Assembly (NCBI GenBank): GCA_964016885.1
Contig: OZ024762.1
Location: 19,592,001-19,656,000 of the forward strand
Length of the DNA stretch: 64,000 nt
Direction: 5' to 3'
Source: Eledone cirrhosa
Taxonomy: Eukaryota
A program made the position numbers and the translations under genes. Below are positions 27,018-40,416 of the stretch, in pieces (the first letter of the stretch is position 1; every line of letters begins with the position of its first letter). A model generated the notes under the pieces. That model ran no database searches and was not told where the DNA came from. It saw only the letters and a program-made list of their open reading frames with translations.

Positions 27018-27107
27018 TCTACATTCCTTACATCAAACTAAAATATGTTGACAATTCTTTTAATAATGTCTTCCTTGTGAAATTTGTGGTCTTGTTTTGC
27101 TTAATTA

Positions 27108-27290
27108 ATTGTTTCTACTTTTTGGCACACGGCCAGCAATTACCCAGTACATTACTGGTACTTTATTTTATCGACCCCGTAAGGATGAAAGGCAAAGTCA
27201 ACCTCGGCGGGATTTGAACTCAGATCGTAAAGGGACGTAACTATGCTGGAAAGCATGGCGTCCGACCCTCTACTGATACTGCCAATCCAA
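27108..27290 (-). mobile_element. SINE family B, full length
   Basis: Identity to other copies. Confidence 0.85.
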
Positions 27291-27339
<49 letters not shown>

Positions 27340-27477
27340 GTTAAACAACGTTCATTGGATAAATCAATGAATAAAGTTTCACGATAGATTAGAAGCACTA
27401 CACAGTAATGGTTTTCTGGAGTTATTAATATTAATTCAAAATATTAACAAATATAGACATTCATGTGATCAAGTTTA

Positions 27478-27540
27478 TTTTATTATACATATTTCAGAGG
27501 TACTGAGCTATTTTCAACAGTACGTTCTCATTAGATAAGA
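27478..27540 (-). ncRNA. Degenerate hammerhead motif (core CTAATGA)
   Basis: Related to the 9199 motif; GAAA-TATGTA-TA retained. Confidence 0.45.
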
Positions 27541-27587
27541 TAAGTTGATGCTTGACATACCTTGACTATGTTGATGGTTAAAATTCA

Positions 27588-28038
27588 GCCCCAGTCCCTA
27601 TCATCTCATTTCTACAGCTGAGCAATGTGAAATAAAGTGTCTTGCTCAAGGAAACAACACATCACCCGGTCCAAGAATTGAACTCACAACCTTTCGATTG
27701 CAAGCATATATATAGTGGTTAGAGCATTGGCCTTGCAATCGAAAGGTTGTGAGTTCAATTCTCAGACCGGGTGATGTGTTGTTTCCTTGAGCAAGACACT
27801 TTATTTCACATTGCTCCAGTTTACTCAGCTGTAGAAATGAGATGATAGGGACTGGAGTCCATATCATTCCACTGCAAAGTGGTCTTGGAGGTGCCATGGC
27901 AAAAAAGCACCCAGCACTCACTGTAAATGAGGTTGGTGTTAGGAAGGGCATCCAGCTGTAGAAATCAAGCCAAAATCAGTTCCTGTCCCACCCTTGCAAG
28001 CAGGGAAAAAGCGGACGTAAAATGAAATGAAATGAATG
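27588..28038. mobile_element. Two head-to-head SINE A copies (27588-27703 minus, 27713-28038 plus)
   Basis: Inverted homology across a short TA spacer. Confidence 0.85.
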
Positions 28039-28182
28039 AAAATATATATATATATATGTGTGTATGAGATTCCAGTTCCCCGGAGAGATAACAACACACC
28101 CAGGAGCTGGACATATCGATGTATTGACGGAGTAAAACAACCTTCAACAACATGTGTACCTGTCCTTTCCACACCAGTTCGG

Positions 28183-28237
28183 ACTGCCTGAAGAGGTCGC
28201 AGCCAATGATGGCTGTCACCGAAATATATATAGCAGT
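28183..28237 (+). ncRNA. Type I hammerhead ribozyme (H2)
   Basis: ACTGC-CTGAAGA-GGTCGCAGCCA ATGA TGGCTGTCACC-GAAA-TATATA-TA-GCAGT. Confidence 0.8.
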
Positions 28238-28284
28238 AATTTTTAATTTATAATAAACGAAGCCAAATTTTACATATTTGACTT

Positions 28285-28470
28285 GGTGGATTGGCAGTAT
28301 CGGTAGAGGGTCGGACGCCATGCTTTCCAGCATAGTTACGTCCCTTTACAGTCTGAGTTCAAATCCCGCCGAGGTTAACTTTGCCATTCATCCTTACGGG
28401 GTCGATAAAATAAAGTACCAGTAATGTACTTGGTAATTGCTGGCCTTGTGCCTAAAGTAGAGACAATTAT
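28285..28470 (+). mobile_element. SINE family B inserted into the H2 element
   Basis: H2 sequence resumes at ~28470 (TTACATTACTCCGGAGTAAACAAACC, cf. 13243). Confidence 0.8.
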
Positions 28471-28528
28471 TTTACATTACTCCGGAGTAAACAAACCAAC
28501 CTAACAACCAACATATACTCTCTCTCTC

Positions 28529-28572
<44 letters not shown>

Positions 28573-28574
<2 letters not shown>

Positions 28575-29386
28575 AAGAATTAGTATATCTAGTAACATAT
28601 TTATACACAGATGCATACTTATGCTAGCAAATATATAGGTTTTGTCTTAGTCACTTTGTGGTTCAATGCATGGGGTTGCAGAACAATAATATGAAAGACG
28701 TAAAATAAGAAAATTATAAAATTAACTTACTTACTAAAATTTCACTCCCAGCTAATTAGTTTCTGAAAGGGAATAAACATACTTTCCGAAGAATCGTACA
28801 GAGAAGCCTTTCGTCATCAGGGAAGTCTATTCTCAGCTAAGTTTCCAGGCAGTACGTGGACACTGGGAACTTATACAAAAATAATTCAGTGGATGGAAAA
28901 AGCAAATCGTGGACTAAATTCCAAGCCATTTAGAAAATCACTGCCTACTGCGTCGGTGGCAAATTCAAAAGAATTAATCACGTGACATCGAGGTCAATCA
29001 GTGGAGAGTAGTTTGTTAAGACAGCAGCCGGACTGTTACTATAGCAGCAGTTTTGGCCAATTTTTTGCTCGACAAATAATTTGGAGATAATTATAAAGAA
29101 TTAGTATATCTAGTAACATATTTATACACAGATGCATACTTATGCTAGCAAATATATAGGTTTTGTCTTAGTAACTTTGTGGTTCAATGCATGGGGTTGC
29201 AGAACAATAATATGAGAGACGTAAAATAAGAAAATTATAAAATTAACTTACTTACTCTAATTTCACTCCCAACTAATTAGTTTCTGAAAGGGAATAAACA
29301 TACTTTCTGAAGAATCGTACTTTCAGAAACTAATTAGTTGGGAGTGAAATTTTAGTAAGTTAATTTTATAATTTTCTTATTTTACG

Positions 29387-29395
<9 letters not shown>
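28573..29395 (-). mobile_element. Family H5 pLTR-like element: direct repeat plus terminal inversion
   Basis: 28573-28799 repeated at 29093-29320, followed by inverted copy 29321-29395. Confidence 0.8.
28745..28824 (-). ncRNA. Type I hammerhead with long stem II (H5)
   Basis: Minus: TTCC-CTGATGA-CGAAAGG...CCTTTCA-GAAA-CTAATTAG-CT-GGGAG; the duplicate copy has TT at the cleavage position. Confidence 0.6.
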
Positions 29396-29436
<41 letters not shown>

Positions 29437-29449
29437 TTCTGTGATTCTG

Positions 29450-29890
29450 TCACATGTAGAGAGAAAGGAGTACTTTGACTACCTCATACTACTACTATCT
29501 CTGTGTCTGCTGTCTATGTACAACACGTAAAGAGAGAGTAGTAGTTTGACTACCTCATACTACTCCTCTCTTTTTACATCTACTGCCTACATCTGCTGTC
29601 TACGTACAACACAGGGAGAGAGATGGGGAGTAATTTGACTACCTCATACTACTCCTCTCTCTTTACATCTACTGCCTGTCTACAACATGTAAAGAGGGAG
29701 GAGTGCTCTGACTACCTCATACTATTCTTCTCTTTTTAAGTCTGTTGCCTGTCTACAACATGTAAAGAGGGAGGAGTGCTCTGACTACCTCATACTACTG
29801 CTCTCTCTTTCCGCCTGATGCCTGTCTACAACATGTAAAGAGGGAGGAGTAGTTTGACTACCTCATACTACCTCTCTTGTTATGTCTGCT
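29450..29890. repeat. Tandem array of six ~73-bp hairpin units
   Basis: TGTAAAGAGGGAGGAGTAG-TTTGACTACCTCATA-CTACTCCTCTCTCTTTACA; TGACTACCTCATACTA invariant in all six. Confidence 0.85.
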
Positions 29891-29974
29891 GTCTGTGTGA
29901 ATGTATGTGTGTGTAAAAGGAAGGAAGGGGTGGTGAAAAAATTATAGCAAAATAGTGGCTGGTGTTCCATTTGT

Positions 29975-30600
29975 TATGTGTGTATGTGTTTGTGTGAATG
30001 TATGTATGTGTGTGTTTCTATGTGTGTTTGTGTGAATGTATGTGTGTGTTTGTGTGAATGTGTGTGTTTGTGTGAATGTGTGTGTGTTTGTGTGAATGTA
30101 TGTGTGTGTTTGTGTGAATGTATGTGTGTGTTTGTGTGAATGTATGTGTGTTTGTGTGAATGTATGTTTGTATGAATGTATGTTTGTATGAATGTATGTA
30201 TGTGTTTGTGGGAATGTATGTGTGTGTTTGTGTGAATGTATGTCTGAGTGTGTTTGTGAATGTATAAATGTTTGTATGTTTGTGCGAATGTATGTCTGAG
30301 TGTATGTTTGTGTGAATGTATGTTTGTCTGAGTGTGTTTGTGAATGTATGTCTGAGTGTGTGTGTGTGTGAATGTATGTGTGTGTGTGTGTGTTTGTGTG
30401 AATGTATGTCTGAGTGTGTTTGTGAATGTATAAATGTTTGTATGTTTGTGCGAATGTATGTCTGAGTGTATGTTTGTGTGAATGTATGTTTGTCTGAGTG
30501 TGTTTGTGTGAATGTATGTCTGAGTGTGTGTGTGAATGTATGTGTATGTGTGTGTGTGTGTTTGTGTGAATGTATGTCTGAGTGTGTATTTTTGTAAATG
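29975..30600. repeat. (TG)n-derived higher-order repeat (TGTGAATGTATG units)
   Basis: Direct reading. Confidence 0.9.
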
Positions 30601-30939
30601 TGTCTGCTTTTGCACGTTTATATTTATACACTCATACATATAAATATATACACACACGCACACGCACACACATACACACATATACACACATACATGTCAG
30701 CATGTTGAAAAAATCCTAGTCTCTATAAAAGATTCCCAAGAAACATCCAAGAAATGATAGCACTCTTTTACTAAACTCTACTTCTTGTCAGATCTTTGAA
30801 AGTCAGGGAAAATGGTAGTTGCAAGCTTATCTAGATTAAATATCTTAAATCAAATAGATCTGAAGTTTTTGCTTTTGGACACTAGTTGGGGAGATGGCCT
30901 TAAACCTTGCCTTGCCCCCCCCCCCCTCTCTCTCTCTCT

Positions 30940-31612
<673 letters not shown>

Positions 31613-32148
31613 ATGAATAAAAGCGATGAAATACCAATGAAGGTTGGAAGATCACTGATGAAGGACTAATTTTATTCATATGTAACCCATTAGCAACCAC
31701 GCAGCACGCCATTTTTTCATATATTTATATAAATATATGCATATATATGCATGTATATATATATATGTATATATATATACCAACTTATCTCTCTCTCACT
31801 CACATTCTCTCCATTTTCTCTCTCTTTTTCTGTCTGTTTCTCTATCCCGCCTCTCTCTCTTCTCTCTCTCTCTATCCCTCTATCTCAACCTGTCTCTCTA
31901 TTACTCTCTCTCTCTCTCTTGGTCTGTCTGTTGCTATCCTTCTCTTTATCTGTTGCTGTCTATTCTTCTACCTCGACCTGTTTCTCCCCCCCCCCCCTCT
32001 CTCCACCAACCATCCATCTTCATTTACTTTACCTTCCAGAACAATCTCAGAGGAACATGTTTGATAAAAAGGGTAAATATTTATACGGCACTAATCAGAA
32101 AAAAACATTACTTCTTTCCTTACCATATGTATTTCCCATGGAAATATC

Positions 32149-32185
<37 letters not shown>

Positions 32186-32186
<1 letters not shown>

Positions 32187-32525
32187 GGCACATGGCTTAG
32201 TGGTTAGATCATTGGCCTTGCAATCGAAAGGTTGTGAGTTCAATTCTCAGACCGGGTGATGTGTTGTTTCCTTGAGCAAGACACTTTATTTCACATTGCT
32301 CCAGTTTACTCAGCTGTAGAAATGAGATGATAAGGACTGGGGTCCCTATCATTCCACTGCAAAGAGGTCGTGGAGGTGCCACGGCAAAAAAAAGCACCCA
32401 GCACTCACTGTAAATGAGGTTGGTGTTAGGAAGGGCATCCAGCTGTAGAAATCAAGCCAGAATCAGTTCCCGTCCCACCCTTGCAAGTAGGGAAAAGTGG
32501 ACGTAAAATGAAATGATGATGATGA

Positions 32526-32530
<5 letters not shown>
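32186..32530 (+). mobile_element. SINE family A, full length
   Basis: A box, B box, CORE-like domain, RTE-type tail, (ATG)n. Confidence 0.9.
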
Positions 32531-32610
<80 letters not shown>

Positions 32611-32745
32611 TGTATATATATATTGTTATTTTTTGGGAGAGTCATGCTGCCAATAAAAAAACACACACACCTGCTGGCTTTCATTTCAGTTTATTACAAA
32701 TTTGCAGTTTATTGGTTGGTTCAATAACCGGATAGTTTGTTTATA

Positions 32746-32790
32746 TATTAAAGTTCTTTCGTCACACATTCTGTGACCTCCTCAGTGACT
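32746..32790 (-). ncRNA. Degenerate hammerhead motif
   Basis: Minus: CTGAGGA-GGTCACA GAATG TGTGAC-GAAA; stems I and III poor. Confidence 0.4.
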
Positions 32791-32939
32791 GATTTCTTAT
32801 TTTGTGTCCCTTCTTTTGTTCTGTCCTACGCCATCTTGTTTTTGCGTGTACGTTACTTGAGACACCATTCGGGAACTGAGACGTTTTGTGTTACGAAAAA
32901 TTGTTGTGAACCAATTTGTTTGTGAGCCATGTTTCAACT

Positions 32940-32956
32940 ATATATATGTATATGTG

Positions 32957-32987
<31 letters not shown>

Positions 32988-33106
32988 ATGTATATATATA
33001 TGTATATGTGTATATATATATATATATATGTGTGTGTGTATGTATATATATATATGTATATGTGTATATATATATATATATATGTGTGTGTGTATGTATA
33101 TATATA

Positions 33107-33147
<41 letters not shown>

Positions 33148-33344
33148 ATGTATATATATATGTATATGTGTATATATATATATGTGTGTGTGTGTATGTA
33201 TATATATATATGTATATGTGTATATATATATATATATATGTGTGTGTATGTATATATATATGTATATGTGTATATATATATATGTGTGTGTGTATGTATA
33301 TATATATGTATATGTGTATATATATATATATGTGTGTGTGTATG

Positions 33345-33421
<77 letters not shown>

Positions 33422-33424
33422 ATG

Positions 33425-33507
<83 letters not shown>

Positions 33508-33542
33508 GTATATATGTATATATATATATATATGTATATATG

Positions 33543-33603
<61 letters not shown>
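32940..33603. repeat. (TA)n/(TG)n microsatellite
   Basis: Direct reading. Confidence 0.95.
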
Positions 33604-33606
<3 letters not shown>

Positions 33607-33678
33607 CAAAGGGATATTTAATTGAACCGTTAAGGTCTCATTCCTGGATATGTCACTATTTATAAAACAAACTTTGTA

Positions 33679-33735
33679 TTTTATCTGATGAGGGCGTACC
33701 AAAGTTTTGGTACCCTTGAAATATATATAATAGAA
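33679..33735 (+). ncRNA. Type I hammerhead ribozyme (family H3)
   Basis: TTTTAT-CTGATGA-GGGCGTACCAAA GT TTTGGTACCCTT-GAAA-TATATA-TA-ATAGAA. Confidence 0.8.
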
Positions 33736-33786
33736 CAAATATGGTTTTATAAATATAGTTTCCATTTATTAATATCATTGATACAC

Positions 33787-33828
<42 letters not shown>

Positions 33829-33844
33829 ATATATACATATATAT

Positions 33845-34265
33845 GCTGGGATGGGGTGATAAAAACTGACCTTGCTCACTTACTCCTCTCTGAGACAATG
33901 TCACTGGATCGAGATCTTTGGCGCCATGCAGTTTTACAGAAGACCCTTGCATACAAACCTACAGTCAGTAGGCACCTCTTCACCCAATATACACCCCAAC
34001 CCACACACCCTACCCCATCTTCCTATTTCCATCCACTGTGTCGGTGACAACAAAAAGCACCCAGTCCACACTGTAAGGTGGTCGTGTTAGAGACAAGGTA
34101 AAACGGCTCCCAGTCCACACTGTAAAGGTGGTTGGTGTAAAGAAGGGCATCCAGCTGTAGAAAACCTGCCAGAGACACGGTCTCTCGACTATTCCCGCAT
34201 CATATGGGACAAAACTGTCCAACCCATGCTAGCGTGGAAGCTGAACGTTAAACGATGATGATGAT
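33845..34265 (+). mobile_element. RTE LINE 3' end continuing into the family C module
   Basis: WDGVIKTDLAHLLLSETMSLDRDLWRHAVLQKT then AAGGGCATCCAGCTGTAGAAAACC..(ATG)n. Confidence 0.7.
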
Positions 34266-34731
34266 ATATATATATATATAGGTATACTAGTAATCATTTT
34301 CTGTTACTTCTTTTCCCATCAACACACCTACCTTTCTTATAAAGTCCTAATTAATGCAAGTCGTTATTCTGTTTTGATAATTAGATGTGCTGGGAGTAAA
34401 ATTTTTTTAGCATAATTAAATTCGATTTTTCCCAATAGGTTATCGAGATTAGTGATTTCTAGATAAGCTTCCATGCATGTTAATGAAACATACGAAAATG
34501 TTTGAAATAAATCCTCTTGTATGAATTGTGAACCTGTGTAAAGCTTTATCTAATTGTGTATATATATATATACACATATAATTTTGAGTATGTGTTGGTT
34601 GTTTACCAACACTTCAGTATGTAGGTTAGAACATTCAATGGCGTGCACAGGTGGGTCTGTTTACTGTGGAGTAATGTAAAAACAAGAAGTGTAAATCAAC
34701 AGGTTTAAATTAGCATTGTTTATTCATATTC

Positions 34732-34786
34732 GCTGCTATATATCTTTCAGTGATGACCATTATTCAACAGCTATGACTTCATCAGG

Positions 34787-34790
<4 letters not shown>
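34732..34790 (-). ncRNA. Type I hammerhead ribozyme (diverged H2)
   Basis: Minus: CTGC-CTGATGA-AGTCATAGCTGTTGAATAATGGTCATCACT-GAAA-GATATA-TA-GCAG. Confidence 0.65.
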
Positions 34791-34836
<46 letters not shown>

Positions 34837-34837
<1 letters not shown>

Positions 34838-35097
34838 GGCCGAAACAAATGAGATCGTGTAGGTGTCACGACAAAAAAACACACAGTCCAGGCTGTAATG
34901 TGGCCGTGTTAGCAACACGGTTAAAACCTCCCAGACCCACACTGTAAATGTGGTTGGTGTTAGGAAGGGCATCCAACTGTAGAAAACCTGCCAGACAGTC
35001 CTATGCGAGCAAGACAATCACTCTTGCCTCAAGTGGGAAAACCCCGTCCAAACCCATGCAAGCGTGGAACACGGACGTTAAACGTTGATGATGATGA
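34837..35097 (+). mobile_element. Family C retroposon
   Basis: Near-identical to 7410-7797. Confidence 0.85.
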
Positions 35098-35104
35098 CAC
35101 ACAT

Positions 35105-35560
35105 ACAGTAATCCCCCGTTTATTGTGGGGGATACATTCTGGATACAACCGCGATAAATGAAAATCTGTGATATAGAGAGACCCGAAAGACAACTGTTGT
35201 TTTAATAGTTTAAACCTTAAATTACCTCTCCTACATGCTTTAAGTACATATAAACTCATTAAAATACACCCTTGTATTTAAATACAAAAAAAACACAAAA
35301 AACAGCCAGTAACTGTCATATAGAAACTGCCATCCACGATCGTACCACTCGTTACCAATGACGACCATTACCAGTCACGGTAGCCACTTGGTAATACACT
35401 GCACATCTCCCGTCAATCTATGAAGGGTTTGCAGTAGATTAGAGAAAATCGGTAAAAGAGTAATGGAGTGAAAAATAATAACATTTTTTATAGTTAAAAC
35501 CTTAAGATGCCTCTTCTTTATACTATACACTTCAATAACATTGAAACTTATTTAATATTT
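35105..35560. mobile_element. Tc1/mariner pogo-Tigger-like DNA transposon end
   Basis: TA|CAGTAATCCCCCGTTTATTGTGGGGGATACATTC resembles Tigger-type TIRs; second TIR not found. Confidence 0.45.
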
Positions 35561-36160
35561 TTATATATGTTTACCGAATTCACAGACTAGACCCCTTCTT
35601 CCTCCCGTTAGACCTGTGCGAAATTCCTTCCTTGCTCACATTTCAACCAGGTTTGATGGTCTTTATTCTCTCTCGTTCACGATTTCACCGAATTTAAATT
35701 CATAGAAATTTGGGACTTGACTCCTTCTTCCTCACTTTTCGTTGCTTCACCATTTTGTTTGTTTACACTCGTGTCCCCTTTATTTACGTGTCCCAACGAC
35801 TTTTTTTAGCCGTTGCTCGCACCAACCGGAGGTATATGGTCTTTAAAGTGATGAAATACCAATGATGGTTGGAAGATCACTGATGAAGGACTAACTTTAT
35901 TCATGTATATATATATAGGACATGCTGAAACACTGTAAAGTGGTTGTGTAGGTTTCACAGCAAAAAGCACCCAGTACTCACTGTAAATGAGGTTGGTGTT
36001 AGGAAGGGCATCCAGCTGTAGAAATCAGGCCAAAATCAGTTCCCGTGTGAGAATGACCTAGCATTGCCCACAACATAATAACTCATCTAACCCATGCGGG
36101 CGTGGAAAAATGGACGTAAAACGATGATGGCGATGATGATATATACATATATATATGTAC

Positions 36161-36191
<31 letters not shown>

Positions 36192-36505
36192 TGTGAGAGT
36201 GTGTATATATATATATATGTAGATAAATCTACCAAGAGTTTACGGTAGTGTCCAATCCGTATGAAGAACTCAATGTAATCTATGCCAATTCTAACACATA
36301 TATATCCTAGAAACGATCGTTAAATAATGAACTTTTTTTGTTTAATATAAGGAACTGTTTCATTGTTTTATTCATTATTTTTTAAATATTTTATATATAT
36401 ATATATATATATAATTCAAAAGCATTAAAAAAATGTCAAGCATAAGAAATTATTATATAGTCTTACATTTTCGTCACATAACTTATATATATATATGTAT
36501 GTGTC

Positions 36506-36549
<44 letters not shown>

Positions 36550-36859
36550 ATGTGTACATTTGTTCCCTGATCAATTTGTCATTGTTTAACCAGTCACCCC
36601 CTGCCTCTACTTCTTGTCTCTGTTCACACTTAAGTGTCAGCAACAATGAGACAGGTGTGTGTGTGTGTGTGTTGTTTAGAACAAGAGTGTGGTGATGAGG
36701 CCAAGAGTGGTTGATGTGGTGTGTGTGTGTGTGTAGGGTGTGGGGTGGGGGCCAGACCCTTATGACATTGACAAATCACTGGGCTGAACAATGTGGAGAG
36801 AGGAAAACAAGGTATAATTTAAGATCTGAAAAACTGTTGCTGTTGTTTTCTTGATTTCA

Positions 36860-37440
36860 TGGTTGGTATTGTTGTTGTGGTTGTTGTTGGTGTTGGTGTT
36901 GTTGTTGTTGTTGGTGTTGGTGTTGTTGGTGTTGGTGTTGGTGTTGGTGTTGGTGGTGGTGGTGTTGGTGTTGGTATTGTTGGTGTTTGTGTTTGTGTTG
37001 TTGTTGGTGGTGTTGGTGGTGTTGGTGGTGTTGGTGGTGTTGGTGTTGGTGTTGTTAGTGTTGTTGGTGTTGGTGTTGTTGGTGTTGGTGTTGGTGTTGG
37101 TGGTGTTGGTGTTGGTATTGTTGGTGTTTGTGTTTGTGTTGTTGTTGGTGGTGTTGGTGTTGTTGTTGGTGGTGTTGGTGTTGTTGGTGGTGTTGTTGTT
37201 GTTGATGTTTTTGCTGTTGTTTATGTTGTTGTTGTTGATGTTCTTGATGATGTTGCTATTGTTCGTGTTGTTGCTGTTGCTGTGATGCTGTTGTTATGAT
37301 GTTGTTGCCAGTACTGCTGCTGCTGTTAATGCTGCTGTTTGTTGTTGTTGTTGTTGTTGCCAGTACTGCTGCTGCTGTAAATGCTGCTGTTTGTTGTTGT
37401 TTTGCCAGTACTGCTGCTGTCAATGCTGCTGCTGGTGATA
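36860..37440. repeat. (GTT/GGT)n and (GCT)n degenerate trinucleotide repeat
   Basis: Direct reading. Confidence 0.9.
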
Positions 37441-37534
37441 ACAGGTTCTAAACAATCAGTCTTACATCATTAACTTCACATCAGAGACAATAATATGAGG
37501 TCAAGGTGAATGCAGCCTTGTCAATATAAGTCTG

Positions 37535-38223
37535 TCTCTATGTATGACTGTGTGTCTGTGTGTGTGTATGTATGACTGTGTGTCTGTGTGTGTATGTGTG
37601 TATGTATGACTGTGTGTCTGTGTGTGTGTATGTGTGTATGTATGACTGTGTGTCTGTGTGTGTATGTGTGTATGTATGACTGTGTATGTATGTGTGTATG
37701 TATGACTGTGTGTTTGTGTGTATGTATGACTGTGTCTGTGTTTGTATGTATGTCTGTATGTGTGTGTATGTGTGTATGTATGTATGAATGTGTGTATGTG
37801 TGTGTATGTATGACTGTGTCTGTGTTTTTATGTATGTGTGTCTGTATGTATGTGCGTGTGTGTGTATGTGTGTATGTATGACTGTGTGTCTGTGTATGTA
37901 TGTATGTATAACTGTGTCTGTCTGTGTGTGTATGTATGTATGTATGTATGACTGTTTGTCTGTGTATGTATGTGTTTATGTACGTACGTATGACTGTGTC
38001 TGTGTGTATGTACGTATGTATGTATGACTGTATGTATGACTGTCTGTATATGTGTGTATGTACGTGTGTGTGTATGAATGTATGTGTGTATATGTGTATG
38101 TCTGTGTATGTGTGTGTGTGTTTACATATGTGTGTATGTGTGTGTTTATGTGTGTGTGTCTGAACGTTTGTATGTGTCAGTCTGTATGTATGACTCTGTA
38201 TGTCTGTGTGTGTTGTGTTTTTG

Positions 38224-38258
<35 letters not shown>

Positions 38259-38445
38259 CTGTACGTCTGTTTGTCTATGTATGCCTATGTGTGTTTGCAT
38301 ATACATACATACATATATATATATATATATGTATGTATTTGCCTGTGTCTATATGTACGTCTGTGTCTGTAAATATATGTGTGTGTTTGTATATGAGTAT
38401 GTGTGTGTGGCTGTATGTGTGTGTATGTCAGTGTATGGTGTGTGT
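37535..38445. repeat. (TG)n/(TATG)n compound repeat with TATGACTGTG units
   Basis: Direct reading. Confidence 0.9.
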
Positions 38446-38670
38446 GCCCCCCCCCCCCCCCCAACCATTACTCCCTCTCTCATCTCCCACTTTTGTCAGA
38501 CAATGCTTGTTTATGTGGAACAAAGAGAGGGGGTGCGGAGAAGATGGGGAGGGGAGGGTGGAAATGAGGGGGAGGGCGGGAGGAGAGATGGATCGATACA
38601 GAAACTGAAACATTATGGGGAAAGAGAGAGAGAGAAAGAAAGCATGAGGGGGAGAAAGAGAGTGAGAAAG

Positions 38671-38715
<45 letters not shown>

Positions 38716-39002
38716 TACGAGGGGGAGAGAAGGAGGAGAAAGTGAGAGGGAGAGTAAGACAAGGGCAGAGAGAAAAATAGTCAAAGATTGATACACCAAA
38801 AGGAAGATGGCGAGAGAGAGAGAAAGTAGAAGAGAGATCAATAAACAGAAAAAGTGAGAGAGAGAGAGGGGGGAGGGGAGGGCAGAGATTTATAGATAGG
38901 ATGAATGATTGATTGAGATTAAGAAAGGTGAATTGATACAGAAGAAATTTATAGAGCGGAGAAGACAAAACGAGAAATATAATATCAAAGACAGAGAATC
39001 AT

Positions 39003-39047
<45 letters not shown>

Positions 39048-39380
39048 CGTACACAAACACACATACACACACACACACACATATGTATATATTTAAGTTG
39101 TACTTAAGTCATATTTCTAAATCTACATATGTTTCAATGTAGAGAGACGGGCCATACCATGACCCCTCACTCTACATATCTTCAGGAGTTTATATAATGT
39201 TTGAAGTTTCAAGAGTATTACATTCAAGCAGCCAGTACACACTGTAAATGTGGTTGGCATTAGGGAGGACATCCAACTGTAGAAACCAAGAGAAAGTCAG
39301 TTCTGTATGAGCAAGACATGGACACCTGGTCTGGCATGTCTCACAATAAGACAACTCCTTCCAGCATGGAAAAATAGACA

Positions 39381-39597
39381 TTAACCCTTCAGCATTTACT
39401 ATATTATATTTTATTTTCACAGTAAAGGTTTCACCTCACACAATTATCTCACATAATATCGAATCTATGAGATTTTGATGTGTATTTTGAGAGCAATATC
39501 TTAACATCTTTATGAGTGGTCGGTTATAGCTGGTTTGAACAGAAAAAGGTGAGGGAATTCTGGCCGGATTCAGCCGGTTTAAATGCTAAAGGGTGAA
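39381..39597. mobile_element. piggyBac-type MITE inserted in a family C tail
   Basis: TTAACCCTTCAGCATTT ... AAATGCTAAAGGG. Confidence 0.75.
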
Positions 39598-39629
39598 ACG
39601 GAGACGACGATGATGATGATGATATATAT

Positions 39630-39982
39630 ATCATTTCATCATCATTTCATCATTTCATTTTACGTCCGCTTTTTCCCTGCTTGCAAGGGTAGGACGGGAA
39701 CTGATGCTGGCTTGATTTCTACAGCTGGATGCCCTTCCTAACACCAACCTCATTTACAGTGAGTGCTGGGTGCTTTTTTGCCGTGGCACCTCCACGACCA
39801 CTTTGCAGTGGAATGATAAGGACCTCAGTCCCTATCATCTCATTTCTACAGCTGAGTAAACTGGAGCAATGTGAAATAAAGTGTCTTGCTCAAGGAAACA
39901 ACACATCACCCGGTCTGAGAATTGAACTCACAACCTTTCGATTGCAAGGCCAATGCTCTAACCACTAAGCCATGTGCCTCCA
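39630..39982 (-). mobile_element. SINE family A, full length
   Basis: Identity to other copies. Confidence 0.9.
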
Positions 39983-40095
39983 TATATATATATATATTTT
40001 CAAACCCACTCGCTGTTTCGAAAATATTCTTACTTGATATATATATATATATACGATATTAATAAATGGAAACTATATTTATAAAACCATATTTA

Positions 40096-40156
40096 TTTCA
40101 TTATACATATTTCAGGGATACCAAATTAAATTATGGTATGCCTTCATCAGACAAAA
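40096..40156 (-). ncRNA. Type I hammerhead ribozyme (H3)
   Basis: Minus: TTTTGT-CTGATGA-AGGCATACCA..TGGTATCCCT-GAAA-TATGTA-TA-ATGAAA. Confidence 0.7.
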
Positions 40157-40384
40157 TACAATATATAACAGTTTTACAAATAAGCTTTGACGTACCCTTT
40201 TAAAATGCAACCATTATTTTTGGAAGCCATCCAGATAGTGAGTTGTTTATATTATTTTAATAAGTCTTAGTGTTAAGGACAATTAGAAAAAGACGGAGAG
40301 AAAGAAAAAAGACGGAGAGAGAGAAATGCATGGAGAAAAAAGAGAGAGATAAATAAAGACAGGAGGAAAGAAAGAAAAAAAAAA

Positions 40385-40414
<30 letters not shown>

Positions 40415-40416
<2 letters not shown>

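Noticed and set aside
29450-29890. A true let-7 gene on the minus strand
   Set aside because: Only 9 nt match and they lie at the hairpin apex rather than in an arm
30760-30820. Possible acceptor CTTCTTGTCAG with a 23-nt exon
   Set aside because: Weak donor and no other support
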